A DNA stretch of 64,000 nucleotides from a virus (taxonomy: Duplodnaviria > Caudoviricetes). Below the pieces are notes generated by a model, which was not told where the DNA came from, did not search any database, and was given only the letters and a program-made list of their open reading frames with translations. Positions 17,844-26,539 of the stretch are shown here, piece by piece. Made by a program: the position numbers and the translations under genes. The stretch lies in IMG/VR virus record IMGVR_UViG_2773857812_000003, positions 1-64,000 of that record. One strand, 5' to 3'. Numbering within the stretch: the first letter of the stretch is position 1; the number at the start of each line of letters is the position of its first letter.

Positions 17844-19379
17844 TTACTCCTGATTTCCGGCGATCGGCGGCGCGGTCGGGTCAGTGGTCTGCACAAGGCC
17901 AGCCTTGCTGACCTTGCGCGGGTCGCTGTCGAAGACGAGGCCGGCTGCATCGGCCTTGGCCGCGAAACCGGCCCATTCCGCGAGGATTTCCTCCGGGTCG
18001 TATCCCCGCCGCGCGATCTGTTGCGGCAGGGTCGAGAAGCCGGCGCGCACCTCCAGCAGGTCGGCCTGCACATCCTGCAGCGGGTTGACGCTTTCGAACT
18101 TCGGCGGCCCCCATTCCGCAGGGATCTCGACGCCATCCGGCAGCAGGCCCTGCGACTGTGCCTCCTTGATGAACCAGCGCCAGATCGGCTCGCAGAACAT
18201 CGGGATCACGGTCTGCCACTGGATCTGCTCGACCATGCGTCGGAACTCGTTCAGGCCGGCGCGGGTGGACGAGAAGTTGGCCTGCGACAGATCGCCGGTC
18301 ATCATCGCATAGGGCACCCGGAAGCCGGCGGCGATGATGTGAAGCTGCGTCCGGTGCCACTCGTATACGCCGGCCGTCGAGGCCGGCTGGTTGAACTTGA
18401 TGTCCTTGCCGCCGCGGGCATAGGCGATCAGGCCCGGCTCGAACTGCTCGACCCGGTTGCCCATCCCGTCCTCGATCACCGGGGCGATGGATTGCTGATC
18501 CTCATCGGCGCCAAAAACGATGCCGACCAGACAGGCTTCGGTCTTCTTGCGCACCAGTTCGGCGGTCTGCCAGTCATCGACATCGCGGATCGCCCGCATG
18601 GCCGGGGTGCCCCATGGGACGCCCCGGCTTTGCACCCGCTGGCGCTCGAACAGATGCGCCACGTCCTGCGCCCTGAGGCGCACCGATTCCAGGCGGTGGT
18701 TGACCATGGGGTCGTTGTGACCGGGATGGTCCGGAAACATCCAGTAGGCGATGCGCCGGCCGTCCCGGTCGGTTTCGATCCCCTGGCTGATCCGGGAACC
18801 ATCGGCGCGGTTGTCGAAGCGCGCGGCGTCGAGGTGATCGGCCTCGCGCAGTTCGATGCGCAGACGCAGATCACGCGCGTGCGCGCCGCGACGATAGCGG
18901 GCCACCGCGAAGACCTCGCCACCCTCGATCATCTCGCGCACGGCGAGGCAAAGAACCCCATGAAAATCCGTGTGCCCATGATCGTCGCAACGGCTGGCCC
19001 AGCGCCGCCACAGATCATCGACCTGTCTGTTCAGCGCCGGATCGGGGGTCGCGGCGCGGGGGCGGATGCCGGTGCCGACGATATTGTTGACCAGCACCTG
19101 CACCGCCTGCGCGGCGATGGGGTTGTTGCGCACCAGATCGCGCATGCGGTCGCGCAGCGTGGCCCCGGCAGCGGCGATTTCCGCATCCGCCGCCGTTCCA
19201 CCGGCTTTCCAGCCCGCCGTTGCACGCCCCTTTGAGGCGGCCTCATAGCCGCGCCGCAGGTTTGATATCGCCACCCGCGCGGCATAGCGCCGGGCGGCAG
19301 AGCGTGGCGAAACCACCGACAAGGCAGCATCCATCAGGCCCCAGCGCACGTCCGGGGTGATCTCCTTCGGTCCTGCCAT
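17844..19379 (-). CDS. Portal protein, lambda family
   Basis: LRDRMRDLVRNN, GDLSQANFSSTR, NPLQD motifs. Confidence 0.92.
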   Translation of the reverse strand: MAGPKEITPDVRWGLMDAALSVVSPRSAARRYAARVAISNLRRGYEAASKGRATAGWKAGGTAADAEIAAAGATLRDRMRDLVRNNPIAAQAVQVLVNNIVGTGIRPRAATPDPALNRQVDDLWRRWASRCDDHGHTDFHGVLCLAVREMIEGGEVFAVARYRRGAHARDLRLRIELREADHLDAARFDNRADGSRISQGIETDRDGRRIAYWMFPDHPGHNDPMVNHRLESVRLRAQDVAHLFERQRVQSRGVPWGTPAMRAIRDVDDWQTAELVRKKTEACLVGIVFGADEDQQSIAPVIEDGMGNRVEQFEPGLIAYARGGKDIKFNQPASTAGVYEWHRTQLHIIAAGFRVPYAMMTGDLSQANFSSTRAGLNEFRRMVEQIQWQTVIPMFCEPIWRWFIKEAQSQGLLPDGVEIPAEWGPPKFESVNPLQDVQADLLEVRAGFSTLPQQIARRGYDPEEILAEWAGFAAKADAAGLVFDSDPRKVSKAGLVQTTDPTAPPIAGNQE

Positions 19380-19381
19380 GG

Positions 19382-19585
19382 TCAGCCCCTATGGAAACCG
19401 GCAAAGCCCGCCACCGGCAGCGGCCGGCCCGATCCCGCCGCCATCTCGCCCTCGATGGTGCGGATGCGGCTCAGCAGATCGGCGGCCGAGCCGTATTCAA
19501 GGGTCTTTCCATCATAGCTGACCCGCAGGGTGCCCGAGGCATAGGCCCGGCGCAGCGCGTCAAGTTCACTCTCGGTCCAGGCCAT
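19382..19585 (-). CDS. Head-tail joining protein, gpW-like
   Basis: 67 aa, ASGTLRVSYDGKTLEY; between terminase and portal. Confidence 0.8.
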   Translation of the reverse strand: MAWTESELDALRRAYASGTLRVSYDGKTLEYGSAADLLSRIRTIEGEMAAGSGRPLPVAGFAGFHRG

Positions 19586-21570
19586 CAGAACCAGCTTCCT
19601 CTTTGTCTCTTGCCCAGCCAGCCCGACGGGCGGGGCGGCGGCGGTTTCAACGGTTGACGATGCGGTTGCCCGGCCGGGCGCGCATCACTCGTGCCGGGCA
19701 TGAGCTGTGCGCGCAGATCGTCCCATTTGGCGCCGTCCCAGCGGTCCATGCCCATCAGCCAGGCGCAGGCGCGGGCATAGACCCGGCAGTCCAGCGCCTC
19801 GTTGCGGTCGCGGGTCTGCTGCCATTCCAGCTTCTGGAACCCCTGCCGGGTCTTGATGGTCATCAGCTGCTCGGCGGTCAGTTGCTTGGTCCATTCCGCG
19901 GTAGTGCCCTTCGGGATATGCACGAAACCGGCGGGCCAGCCGCTGCCGTCGGCGATGTCCTCGTCTGTCGGCGCGACAAGCCGCAGAAGACGATAGGTCT
20001 CGGATTTGAACACTGCGCCTGCGACCTTCCACAGCCGCACCCCGCGCCGGAACTTGCGCCCGCCCTCGGTCACATCGACATAGCTCGGGCCGTCCACCGG
20101 GGTGGAGCGGTCAAAGCCGCCGACACCCTTGATCGCGATCACCTGGCCGTGCCCCATCTTCCGGCACCAGCCATAGACCGCATCCGTGGTCGCGCCGTCG
20201 CCGGTGTCGATGGCCATCCGGGCCAGCGCCATGCGCGCGCCGCCAGCATGGGGCCAGGTCTCGGCCAGAAACCCGGTCAGATCGTCCCAGACCTCCTCGC
20301 GCGCCGTGTCGCCTTCCAGCACCACATGATCGACCAGCCAGGACTCGAGGTTCTCGCCCCAGCCCCAGACGTCTATCTCGATCCGGTCGCGCTGCACATC
20401 CGCGCCTGCCGTCAGGATCAACGCGCGCTGCGGCACCTCGCCCAGATGCCAATCCTCGCGCCGCTCGTAGAGGCGCTGCCAGTCCGGGGCCTCGCCGCGT
20501 TCCTGCCAGGTCTCGCCCAGCACGGTGTTCTTCAGGGTCTTCAGCGCGGCCTCGTTGCCGACCGCCTGCTCCCAATCCTGCGCGATCTTGGACCAGCTCA
20601 GCCAGCCCAGCGGCGAATAAAGGCCGCTGATATGAAACCCGACGATCCCCGCCGCCCGCGCCCGCTCCAGCATCTCCGGCTCGGCGGTCGGCAGCCATGT
20701 CGCGCCATTCGCCTCGTCCATCATCTCGGTCTTGTGGCGCTCCGAGATCGGTTCCTCGCAATGCTCGCAGACATAACGCGCGGTTTCCGGGCGGCCCGGC
20801 TGCCAGCGCAGGCGTTCGAACTTCAGCCATTGCAGGGCGCCGCAATGCGGACAGGGAACATGGTATCGCTGCTGATCCGACAGCTCGTATTCCCGCTCGA
20901 TGCGCGAGAGGCCCTTCACGGTCGGGGTCGAGGCCAGAAACAGCTTGCTTCGATGCCCGAAGCTGATCGTGCGCGCCTCGGCCAGCGCGATGGGATCGCC
21001 CTCGCCATCGAGATCGCCCGGATAGGCATCCACCTCATCGAGAAACACCCAGCGCGCCGGCATCGAGCGCAGGCCGACGGCGCTGTTCGCGCCGGTCAGG
21101 ATCAACTGCCCACCCGGAAACCGCTTGCCGAGAATGGTATTGCCGCTGTCCTTGGACCGCGACGGCATCACCAGTGCCCGCAGTTCCGGGCTTTCCTCGA
21201 TCAGCGGGTCGATGCGCTGCTGCGACAGGCGCTTGGCCAGATCGACGGTCGGCTGGACCGCCAGAAACGGCCCCGGCGCCCGGTGGATGCAGAAGCCGAC
21301 CCAGTTGTTGCCGCCTTCGGTCGCGCCCACCTGCGCGGCCTTCTGGAACACCACCCGTCGCGCCGGACTGGCCGGCGACAGCGCATCCATGATCCCGCGC
21401 ATGAAGGGCGTGCGCGCGGTGCGATAGGGACCGGCCTCGCTTGCCGCGCGCGAGGACAGGATCCGGTGCCGATCCGCCCATTGGCTGACCGTCAGCGCCG
21501 GGTCCGGCGCCAGACCGGCCAGCCAGGCATTTCGGATATCCTCGGCGCCCTCGAAATCAGCCAGCGCCAC
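19585..21570 (-). CDS. Terminase large subunit, lambda GpA family
   Basis: KAAQVGATE Walker A, VFLDEVD, STP, CPHC..CEHC, RNEALDC; GTG start inferred. Confidence 0.93.
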   Translation of the reverse strand: MALADFEGAEDIRNAWLAGLAPDPALTVSQWADRHRILSSRAASEAGPYRTARTPFMRGIMDALSPASPARRVVFQKAAQVGATEGGNNWVGFCIHRAPGPFLAVQPTVDLAKRLSQQRIDPLIEESPELRALVMPSRSKDSGNTILGKRFPGGQLILTGANSAVGLRSMPARWVFLDEVDAYPGDLDGEGDPIALAEARTISFGHRSKLFLASTPTVKGLSRIEREYELSDQQRYHVPCPHCGALQWLKFERLRWQPGRPETARYVCEHCEEPISERHKTEMMDEANGATWLPTAEPEMLERARAAGIVGFHISGLYSPLGWLSWSKIAQDWEQAVGNEAALKTLKNTVLGETWQERGEAPDWQRLYERREDWHLGEVPQRALILTAGADVQRDRIEIDVWGWGENLESWLVDHVVLEGDTAREEVWDDLTGFLAETWPHAGGARMALARMAIDTGDGATTDAVYGWCRKMGHGQVIAIKGVGGFDRSTPVDGPSYVDVTEGGRKFRRGVRLWKVAGAVFKSETYRLLRLVAPTDEDIADGSGWPAGFVHIPKGTTAEWTKQLTAEQLMTIKTRQGFQKLEWQQTRDRNEALDCRVYARACAWLMGMDRWDGAKWDDLRAQLMPGTSDARPAGQPHRQPLKPPPPRPSGWLGKRQRGSWF

Positions 21571-21745
21571 GGATCGTCTCCCCTCGCGCCTGCCGGATCG
21601 CGCAGAGAACCGCCCCGGCCCCTTCCTCATCCGCATCGCGTTGCTCGCGGGCCTTCCTCGCCCTGAGCCGCATCATTGTCCTGTCGATCAGCAGGCCGAA
21701 CGCCTGCCGGCGCCGCGCCTCGGCGCGCCATTCATCGTAAGTCAA
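21557..21745 (-). CDS. Small hypothetical protein between terminase subunits
   Basis: 62 aa ORF overlapping both neighbours; support is positional only. Confidence 0.4.
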   Translation of the reverse strand: MTYDEWRAEARRRQAFGLLIDRTMMRLRARKAREQRDADEEGAGAVLCAIRQARGETIRGAG

Positions 21746-22337
21746 TCTTCACCTCCGCAAGATCGGCCAGGTGCTGGCGCAGGTAATTGTCCAGAACCTG
21801 CTCCATCCGATGGGCATCGACGCCCAGATCGGCGGCCATGTTGGCGGCCACACGGGCCGGCCAGTTCTGCCAGGCGTCGCGTTCGCGCCGGGCCAGATCG
21901 AAGACCATGGTGGTGGTGCGCGCCCGGTCCACCAGCTCGCCCTTCATCCTGGCGAGCTTGACCTTGGCGGTCTGCGCCTTCAGCACCTCATTGGCCATCC
22001 GCGCACGCAGGAACGACACCTCGCCGCCCGCGCCGGGATCGGGATCGGCGCCGGCCTCGCGCAGGGTCTCGCCGACCGACTCGATGGCGGCCCGCGGCAC
22101 CGGCCTGGTCGCGGCGCTTGCGCGCGCGGTGCCGGCCGCCGTGGCGGTCCCCAGCGCCCGCGCATGCGCGCCGCGCTGCTTGGCCGGGTCGGTCTGCGCG
22201 TCCCATTGCCGGTCGGCCGTCACCGGATCGATGCTGCCATCGGCCTCAAGACTGATGCGCCCCGAAGAGATCGCCTTGCCCACCGCCGTGTGGCTGACGC
22301 CGCGATGCGCCGCATATTGACGGCGCGACATGCCCAT
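21732..22337 (-). CDS. Terminase small subunit (Nu1-like HTH)
   Basis: SRRQYAAHRGVSHTAVGKAI HTH plus coiled coil KLARMKGELVD; upstream of terminase large subunit. Confidence 0.8.
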   Translation of the reverse strand: MGMSRRQYAAHRGVSHTAVGKAISSGRISLEADGSIDPVTADRQWDAQTDPAKQRGAHARALGTATAAGTARASAATRPVPRAAIESVGETLREAGADPDPGAGGEVSFLRARMANEVLKAQTAKVKLARMKGELVDRARTTTMVFDLARRERDAWQNWPARVAANMAADLGVDAHRMEQVLDNYLRQHLADLAEVKIDLR

Positions 22338-22383
22338 TCCGCGTGACCCTTCCTGCTCGTGCCCGAGCAGCCGGGACGATTAT

Positions 22384-22401
22384 ATAAAGCAATGATATTG
22401 C
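22384..22401 (+). promoter_or_regulatory. Conserved promoter/regulatory box upstream of counter-oriented small genes
   Basis: ATAAAGCAATGATATTGC, identical at 54975..54992. Confidence 0.55.
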
Positions 22402-22484
22402 TGCGATTATGCTACACTTCCGGCCTGTGGTGAGCGATTCTGATGGCACGAAAACGATGCAGTTCAGACGCCGGAGAGCCCCCC

Positions 22485-22706
22485 ATGACCATGGCCATCA
22501 CCACCATCAGGATCGACTATGCCAGCCTGCCCGACGGCTTCGATCAGAGCCGCAAGGATGCCGTCGCCGAGGCGATCGAGAGCCAGCTGCGCGACAGCGG
22601 CATCAAAGCCGATGCCTCGGATGTCATCTCGCATCTGAAGATCGAACTACCGACCTGCGGACTCGCCGCAGCCGCCACCGTGCTGGCCGATCTCGGCCTG
22701 ATCTGA
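22485..22706 (+). CDS. Hypothetical protein
   Basis: GGAG RBS; first gene of a 4-gene plus-strand operon. Confidence 0.65.
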   Translation: MTMAITTIRIDYASLPDGFDQSRKDAVAEAIESQLRDSGIKADASDVISHLKIELPTCGLAAAATVLADLGLI

Positions 22707-22728
22707 GCGAGAAAAGGAGGCCTGCGCC

Positions 22729-22956
22729 ATGACCATCACCCCCCGCAGCAACCGTGATGCCGCGCTCACCGCCTTTCTCGGCAAGAAAGCCGAGATCGAC
22801 ACCATGCTCGCCCGCCTCGCCGCTCTGAGCGACGATCATTTCAACGCCAGCCCAGACGCGGTGAACTGGGGCCATGTCGGCACGCTGGAGCATTATGCCA
22901 GCCTGCTGCGCCAGATCACCGACAGCGCTTTTGGCGAAGGGGAGCATGCGCGATGA
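22729..22956 (+). CDS. Hypothetical protein
   Basis: AGGAGG RBS; 75 aa with PDAVNWGHVGTL motif. Confidence 0.75.
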   Translation: MTITPRSNRDAALTAFLGKKAEIDTMLARLAALSDDHFNASPDAVNWGHVGTLEHYASLLRQITDSAFGEGEHAR

Positions 22957-23522
22957 TCCCGCTTTCCGAAATCCAGAGCCTGATCCTCAGCCGCGCGGCC
23001 GCGCGCCCCGGCAATCTGGCGCTTCCCTTGCCTGACGGCCTGCGCGGCGGTGCCGCCGCCAAGGTGGTGGAGGCGCTGCTCGCCAAGGGCCTCGTCGAGG
23101 AGGTCGAGGCCAATATTCGCCGTAGCGAGCCGCTCTGGCGCGAGACCGGCGATGGTCATGGCACCACGCTGCTTGCCACCGAGGCCGGGCTTTGCGCCGT
23201 CGGCATCGAGCCGCTGGTGGCGGGCGCCGTCGCCGGGGCAAGGCGCGGGCGGATGGAGCGGGATGCGATTGAACCGACAGCTTCTGCCGCCGCGTCTGCC
23301 TCCCCGGCGATCCGCGCCGACACCAAGCAGGCGGCGTTGATCGCGCTCCTGCAGCGGCCCGAGGGCGCGAGTGTTGCCGAGGCGGCTGCCGCGTTTTCGT
23401 GGCAACCGCACACCGTGCGCGGGGCTATTTCCGGTGCCCTGAAAAAGCGGCTCGGGCTGGTCATTGCCGCAGAGAAAATCGACGGGCGCGGGACCGTTTA
23501 CCGCATTGCCACGGAGGGCTGA
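22953..23522 (+). CDS. DUF3489 family winged-helix protein
   Basis: TKQAALIALLQRPEGAS, WQPHTVRGAISGALKKRLG. Confidence 0.85.
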   Translation: MIPLSEIQSLILSRAAARPGNLALPLPDGLRGGAAAKVVEALLAKGLVEEVEANIRRSEPLWRETGDGHGTTLLATEAGLCAVGIEPLVAGAVAGARRGRMERDAIEPTASAAASASPAIRADTKQAALIALLQRPEGASVAEAAAAFSWQPHTVRGAISGALKKRLGLVIAAEKIDGRGTVYRIATEG

Positions 23523-23525
23523 GCG

Positions 23526-23891
23526 ATGATTTCCTTCAATTGCCTGCCGGAGCACGAGACCTTGGGCGAATTCGCCCGGCGCGAATGCGTTGAGAGCATC
23601 GACATCCGGTTCTGCCGCAACGATGCGGAAGCGGGCGCCGGTGAGACATTCATCGCCACCTGCGCACCGGCAGGGGCCGAGTTCGCCACCATCTACGGCA
23701 TCACCGATCTGGGCGAGGCCCGCGCCATCCATGATGTCGATCTCGACGCAGCAGGGGCCGATGAACTGGCAGCCGCCTGCCGGGCGCTGTTCGTGGCGAT
23801 TCTTGCCGCGCGGCGCGATCCGCCTGACGCGGCCCAGCGCCATCAGGCGGAACAGGACGCCATCAGTGCCCTGAGCTCGCCCATGGACTGA
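23526..23891 (+). CDS. Hypothetical protein
   Basis: GGAGG RBS; 121 aa; last gene of the operon. Confidence 0.6.
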   Translation: MISFNCLPEHETLGEFARRECVESIDIRFCRNDAEAGAGETFIATCAPAGAEFATIYGITDLGEARAIHDVDLDAAGADELAAACRALFVAILAARRDPPDAAQRHQAEQDAISALSSPMD

Positions 23892-23953
23892 CACAGGCCA
23901 TCGTCTGTCATATGGTCGCAAACCTGATGCGGGTCGGGGCAATGCGCCGATCC

Positions 23954-24178
23954 TCAACGCACTGCCTGTTGGCGGATCGCCTCGAACAGCCGCCGCAGGG
24001 CAAAGGAGCGGATCAGCGACAGGCCGGTGAAGATCGCGCCGATGGCGAGATGCTGCGCCGGTGCGGCGTGAAACCCGAACAGCGGGAACACCAGTACCTG
24101 CGCCGTGATCGCGACCCAGAAGCCGACGGCGACGTTGGCGATAGCCTCGACCATTGACATGGTGCGCGACTGTTTCAT
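23954..24178 (-). CDS. Small two-TM membrane protein
   Basis: MKQSRTMSMVEAIANVAVG; ATGA overlap with upstream methylase. Confidence 0.75.
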   Translation of the reverse strand: MKQSRTMSMVEAIANVAVGFWVAITAQVLVFPLFGFHAAPAQHLAIGAIFTGLSLIRSFALRRLFEAIRQQAVR

Positions 24179-25536
24179 ACCGCCAGTTCCTTGCGCAGTC
24201 GGGCCACGGCCTCGAAGCTCTCGCCGGATTCGGCATGGGTGACGGTATTGCCGGTCATCAACTGCCAGCGGCGCACCGCGACGTCGCAATAGGCCGGATC
24301 CAGCTCCATCCCGAAACATCTGCGCCCGAGGGCGGTGGCCGCGATCAGTTGCGACCCGGAGCCGGTGAAGGGCTCGTAAAGCAGATCACCCGGATCGCTC
24401 CAGGCGGCGATCATCTCCTCGGCCAGCCTGACCGGGAACACCGCCGGATGCGCGCCGCCGGCAATGGCACCCTTGTGGCGCATCACCCGGATCACGCTGT
24501 CGGGGATGCGATGGCTCTGGATCGCGTTGCCGGCGCCGTGCTTGGCGCTCACCGTGCCATCGGCCGCGCGCAACCCGCCGCCGCCCAGCACCTCGCCGGC
24601 ATGCTTGCTCTCCACCGTCTTGTTCGGCCGCCGTGGCACCCGATTGAAATGGAAGACGAACTCATGCGCCGGGGCATAGCGCCCGTTCCAGTCGCCGGGC
24701 AGGCCGGGCCCCTGATCCCAGACATACCAGCCGAAGCGGCGCCAGCCCTGCGCCCGCATCCACTGGATCCAGCCATCCCAATAGGGGATCCATTCGCTGT
24801 CACGATGCACCAGCCCGAGATTGACCAGCAGCTGCGCGTCCCCGGTCACCGGGGCTGCCGCGAACACGCCCTGCATCAGCCGGTCCCAATCGCTGACCTG
24901 CTCCTTCGCCGCGCCATAGTCGCGCTGCTGGCCATAGGGCGGCGAGGTGAAGAGGAGCGTGGCGCGTTGTCCGTCCATCAGCCCCGCGACCGCCGCTGCA
25001 TCGGTGCTGTCGCCGCACATCAGCCGGTGATCGCCAAGGATCCAGATGTCGCCGGGGCGAGTGACGGGATCCTCGGGCAGGTCGGGGATGTTTTCCTCTT
25101 CTTCTTCCGCATCGGCGCCGAAACCTGATGCCTCGGCGTCTCCGAGCAGATCAGCCAGCTCGTCATCCGAGAACCCGACCAGATCGATGTCGAACCCGTC
25201 CGCGCGGATCAGTTCGATCTGCTCGAGCAGGATCTCGGTGTCCCAGCCAGCGTTCAACGCGATCTTGTTGTCCGCGACAACCAGCGCACGGCGCTGCGCT
25301 GCGTTCAGATGCGCCAGCCGGATCACCGGCACCTCGGCCAACCCGAGGCGCTGCGCCGCCATCAACCGCCCGTGGCCGGCGATGATGACCCCATCCGCGC
25401 CGATCAGGATCGGATTGGTGAAGCCGAACTCGGCAATCGAGGCGGCGATCTGCGCGATCTGATCCGGCGAATGGGTGCGGGCATTGCGGGTGTAGGGGAT
25501 CAGGTTGTCGACCGCGATCAGCTCGATCTGCATCAC
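24175..25536 (-). CDS. ParB-N domain + N4/N6 DNA methyltransferase (SPPY)
   Basis: IIAGHGR ParB motif; TSPPY, HPAVFP, EPFTGSGS. Confidence 0.88.
   Translation of the reverse strand: MMQIELIAVDNLIPYTRNARTHSPDQIAQIAASIAEFGFTNPILIGADGVIIAGHGRLMAAQRLGLAEVPVIRLAHLNAAQRRALVVADNKIALNAGWDTEILLEQIELIRADGFDIDLVGFSDDELADLLGDAEASGFGADAEEEEENIPDLPEDPVTRPGDIWILGDHRLMCGDSTDAAAVAGLMDGQRATLLFTSPPYGQQRDYGAAKEQVSDWDRLMQGVFAAAPVTGDAQLLVNLGLVHRDSEWIPYWDGWIQWMRAQGWRRFGWYVWDQGPGLPGDWNGRYAPAHEFVFHFNRVPRRPNKTVESKHAGEVLGGGGLRAADGTVSAKHGAGNAIQSHRIPDSVIRVMRHKGAIAGGAHPAVFPVRLAEEMIAAWSDPGDLLYEPFTGSGSQLIAATALGRRCFGMELDPAYCDVAVRRWQLMTGNTVTHAESGESFEAVARLRKELAV
25160..25337. repeat. ~178-bp near-identical direct repeat, copy 1
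   Basis: Matches 27486..27663 with few substitutions. Confidence 0.85.
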
Positions 25537-26531
25537 GCGGCCTCACCTATCGGCCAGCAATTCAGATGCGAGAGTTCTGAGCGCATGCGCCGCAACCAGG
25601 GGGACCACGCCGTTGCCACAGAGGCGAAGCCGGTCCACCCGGTGGGCCAGCCCATCAGCGCCTCGACGAATGCTGGGTTCAGCGTCCGGGGCGTTTCGCA
25701 GGTATCGTCGCCAGCCAGCGGTGTCACAAGGACCTGGCGGCCAAGCAAGCCGTTCACCGGCGTGTTCGCCAATGTGCTCGCCCCGTCCTTGTGGTCGCGC
25801 GCCGTCGGCGTCATCCACAGCGCGCCCGCGTGGGTCAGATCGGCCGCCCTGCGGTTGCCCGCACTCGGTTTGCTGCCATCCATGGCCATCGGCGTGGGCC
25901 AGAGGCGCAGCATTTCCGTCCGGTTGCCGCCGCTCGAGCGGATCCCGGAGCAGGCGCGCGGGGTCGGCCAGCTCGTCGCCCTCGCGGATGGCGAGGATGA
26001 ACAGCCGCTCGCGCCGATGGGGCGCACCGACTTCCGCCGCCGTGAAGAGGCCTGCCGTAAGCCTGTAGCCCAGGCCGACCAGTCCGCTGGCGACTTCGGG
26101 GAAACCGAGGCGGAGATGATGGGCGACATTTTCGAGGAAGACGAAGGGCGGTTTGATTTCGCCGATGATGCGGGCGACATGGGGCCAGAGGTGGCGGGGA
26201 TCGTCCGCGCCCCGGCGCTTGCCCGCCACGCTGAACGGCTGGCACGGATATCCGGCAGTGACGATATCCACCGCGCCGCGCCATGGGCGGCCGTCGAAGC
26301 TGGCAATATCGTCCCAGAGAGGCGCTGGATCCAGGGCCGCATCTTCCATCCGCGCCACGAGCACGGCCGCCGCGAAGGCGTCCCGCTCGACGTAACCCAC
26401 AGTTCGATAGCCGGGGACGGCGAGGGTGATTCCCAGCTCGAGCCCGCCCGCGCCGGAGCACAGCGACAGGCCGAAGAGACATGCGTCTGCGGCTCCGGCA
26501 GGCAGGCCGGGGGAAGATACAACCAGGTCAT
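25533..26531 (-). CDS. Alternative-frame ORF carrying C5-MTase motif IX (putative beta subunit; true start may be internal)
   Basis: RTLNPAFVEALMGWPTGWT motif IX, WxTPxA repeats; stop overlaps next ATG. Confidence 0.65.
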   Translation of the reverse strand: MTWLYLPPACLPEPQTHVSSACRCAPARAGSSWESPSPSPAIELWVTSSGTPSRRPCSWRGWKMRPWIQRLSGTILPASTAAHGAARWISSLPDIRASRSAWRASAGARTIPATSGPMSPASSAKSNRPSSSSKMSPIISASVSPKSPADWSAWATGLRQASSRRRKSVRPIGASGCSSSPSARATSWPTPRACSGIRSSGGNRTEMLRLWPTPMAMDGSKPSAGNRRAADLTHAGALWMTPTARDHKDGASTLANTPVNGLLGRQVLVTPLAGDDTCETPRTLNPAFVEALMGWPTGWTGFASVATAWSPWLRRMRSELSHLNCWPIGEAA

Positions 26532-26535
26532 GCAT
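25543..26535 (-). CDS. C5 cytosine DNA methyltransferase (alpha part, lacks motif IX)
   Basis: SLCSGAGG (I), GYPCQPFS (IV), FLENV (VI), HRRERLF (VIII), LCGNGVVP (X). Confidence 0.88.
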   Translation of the reverse strand: MHDLVVSSPGLPAGAADACLFGLSLCSGAGGLELGITLAVPGYRTVGYVERDAFAAAVLVARMEDAALDPAPLWDDIASFDGRPWRGAVDIVTAGYPCQPFSVAGKRRGADDPRHLWPHVARIIGEIKPPFVFLENVAHHLRLGFPEVASGLVGLGYRLTAGLFTAAEVGAPHRRERLFILAIREGDELADPARLLRDPLERRQPDGNAAPLAHADGHGWQQTECGQPQGGRSDPRGRAVDDADGARPQGRGEHIGEHAGERLAWPPGPCDTAGWRRYLRNAPDAEPSIRRGADGLAHRVDRLRLCGNGVVPLVAAHALRTLASELLADR

Positions 26536-26539
26536 GGCC

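Noticed and set aside
15915-19235. 1106-aa plus-strand ORF (also 19603..21666, 33073..35568, 56982..59363)
   Set aside because: Antisense shadows of real genes; high GC at third codon positions removes stops; no recognisable motifs
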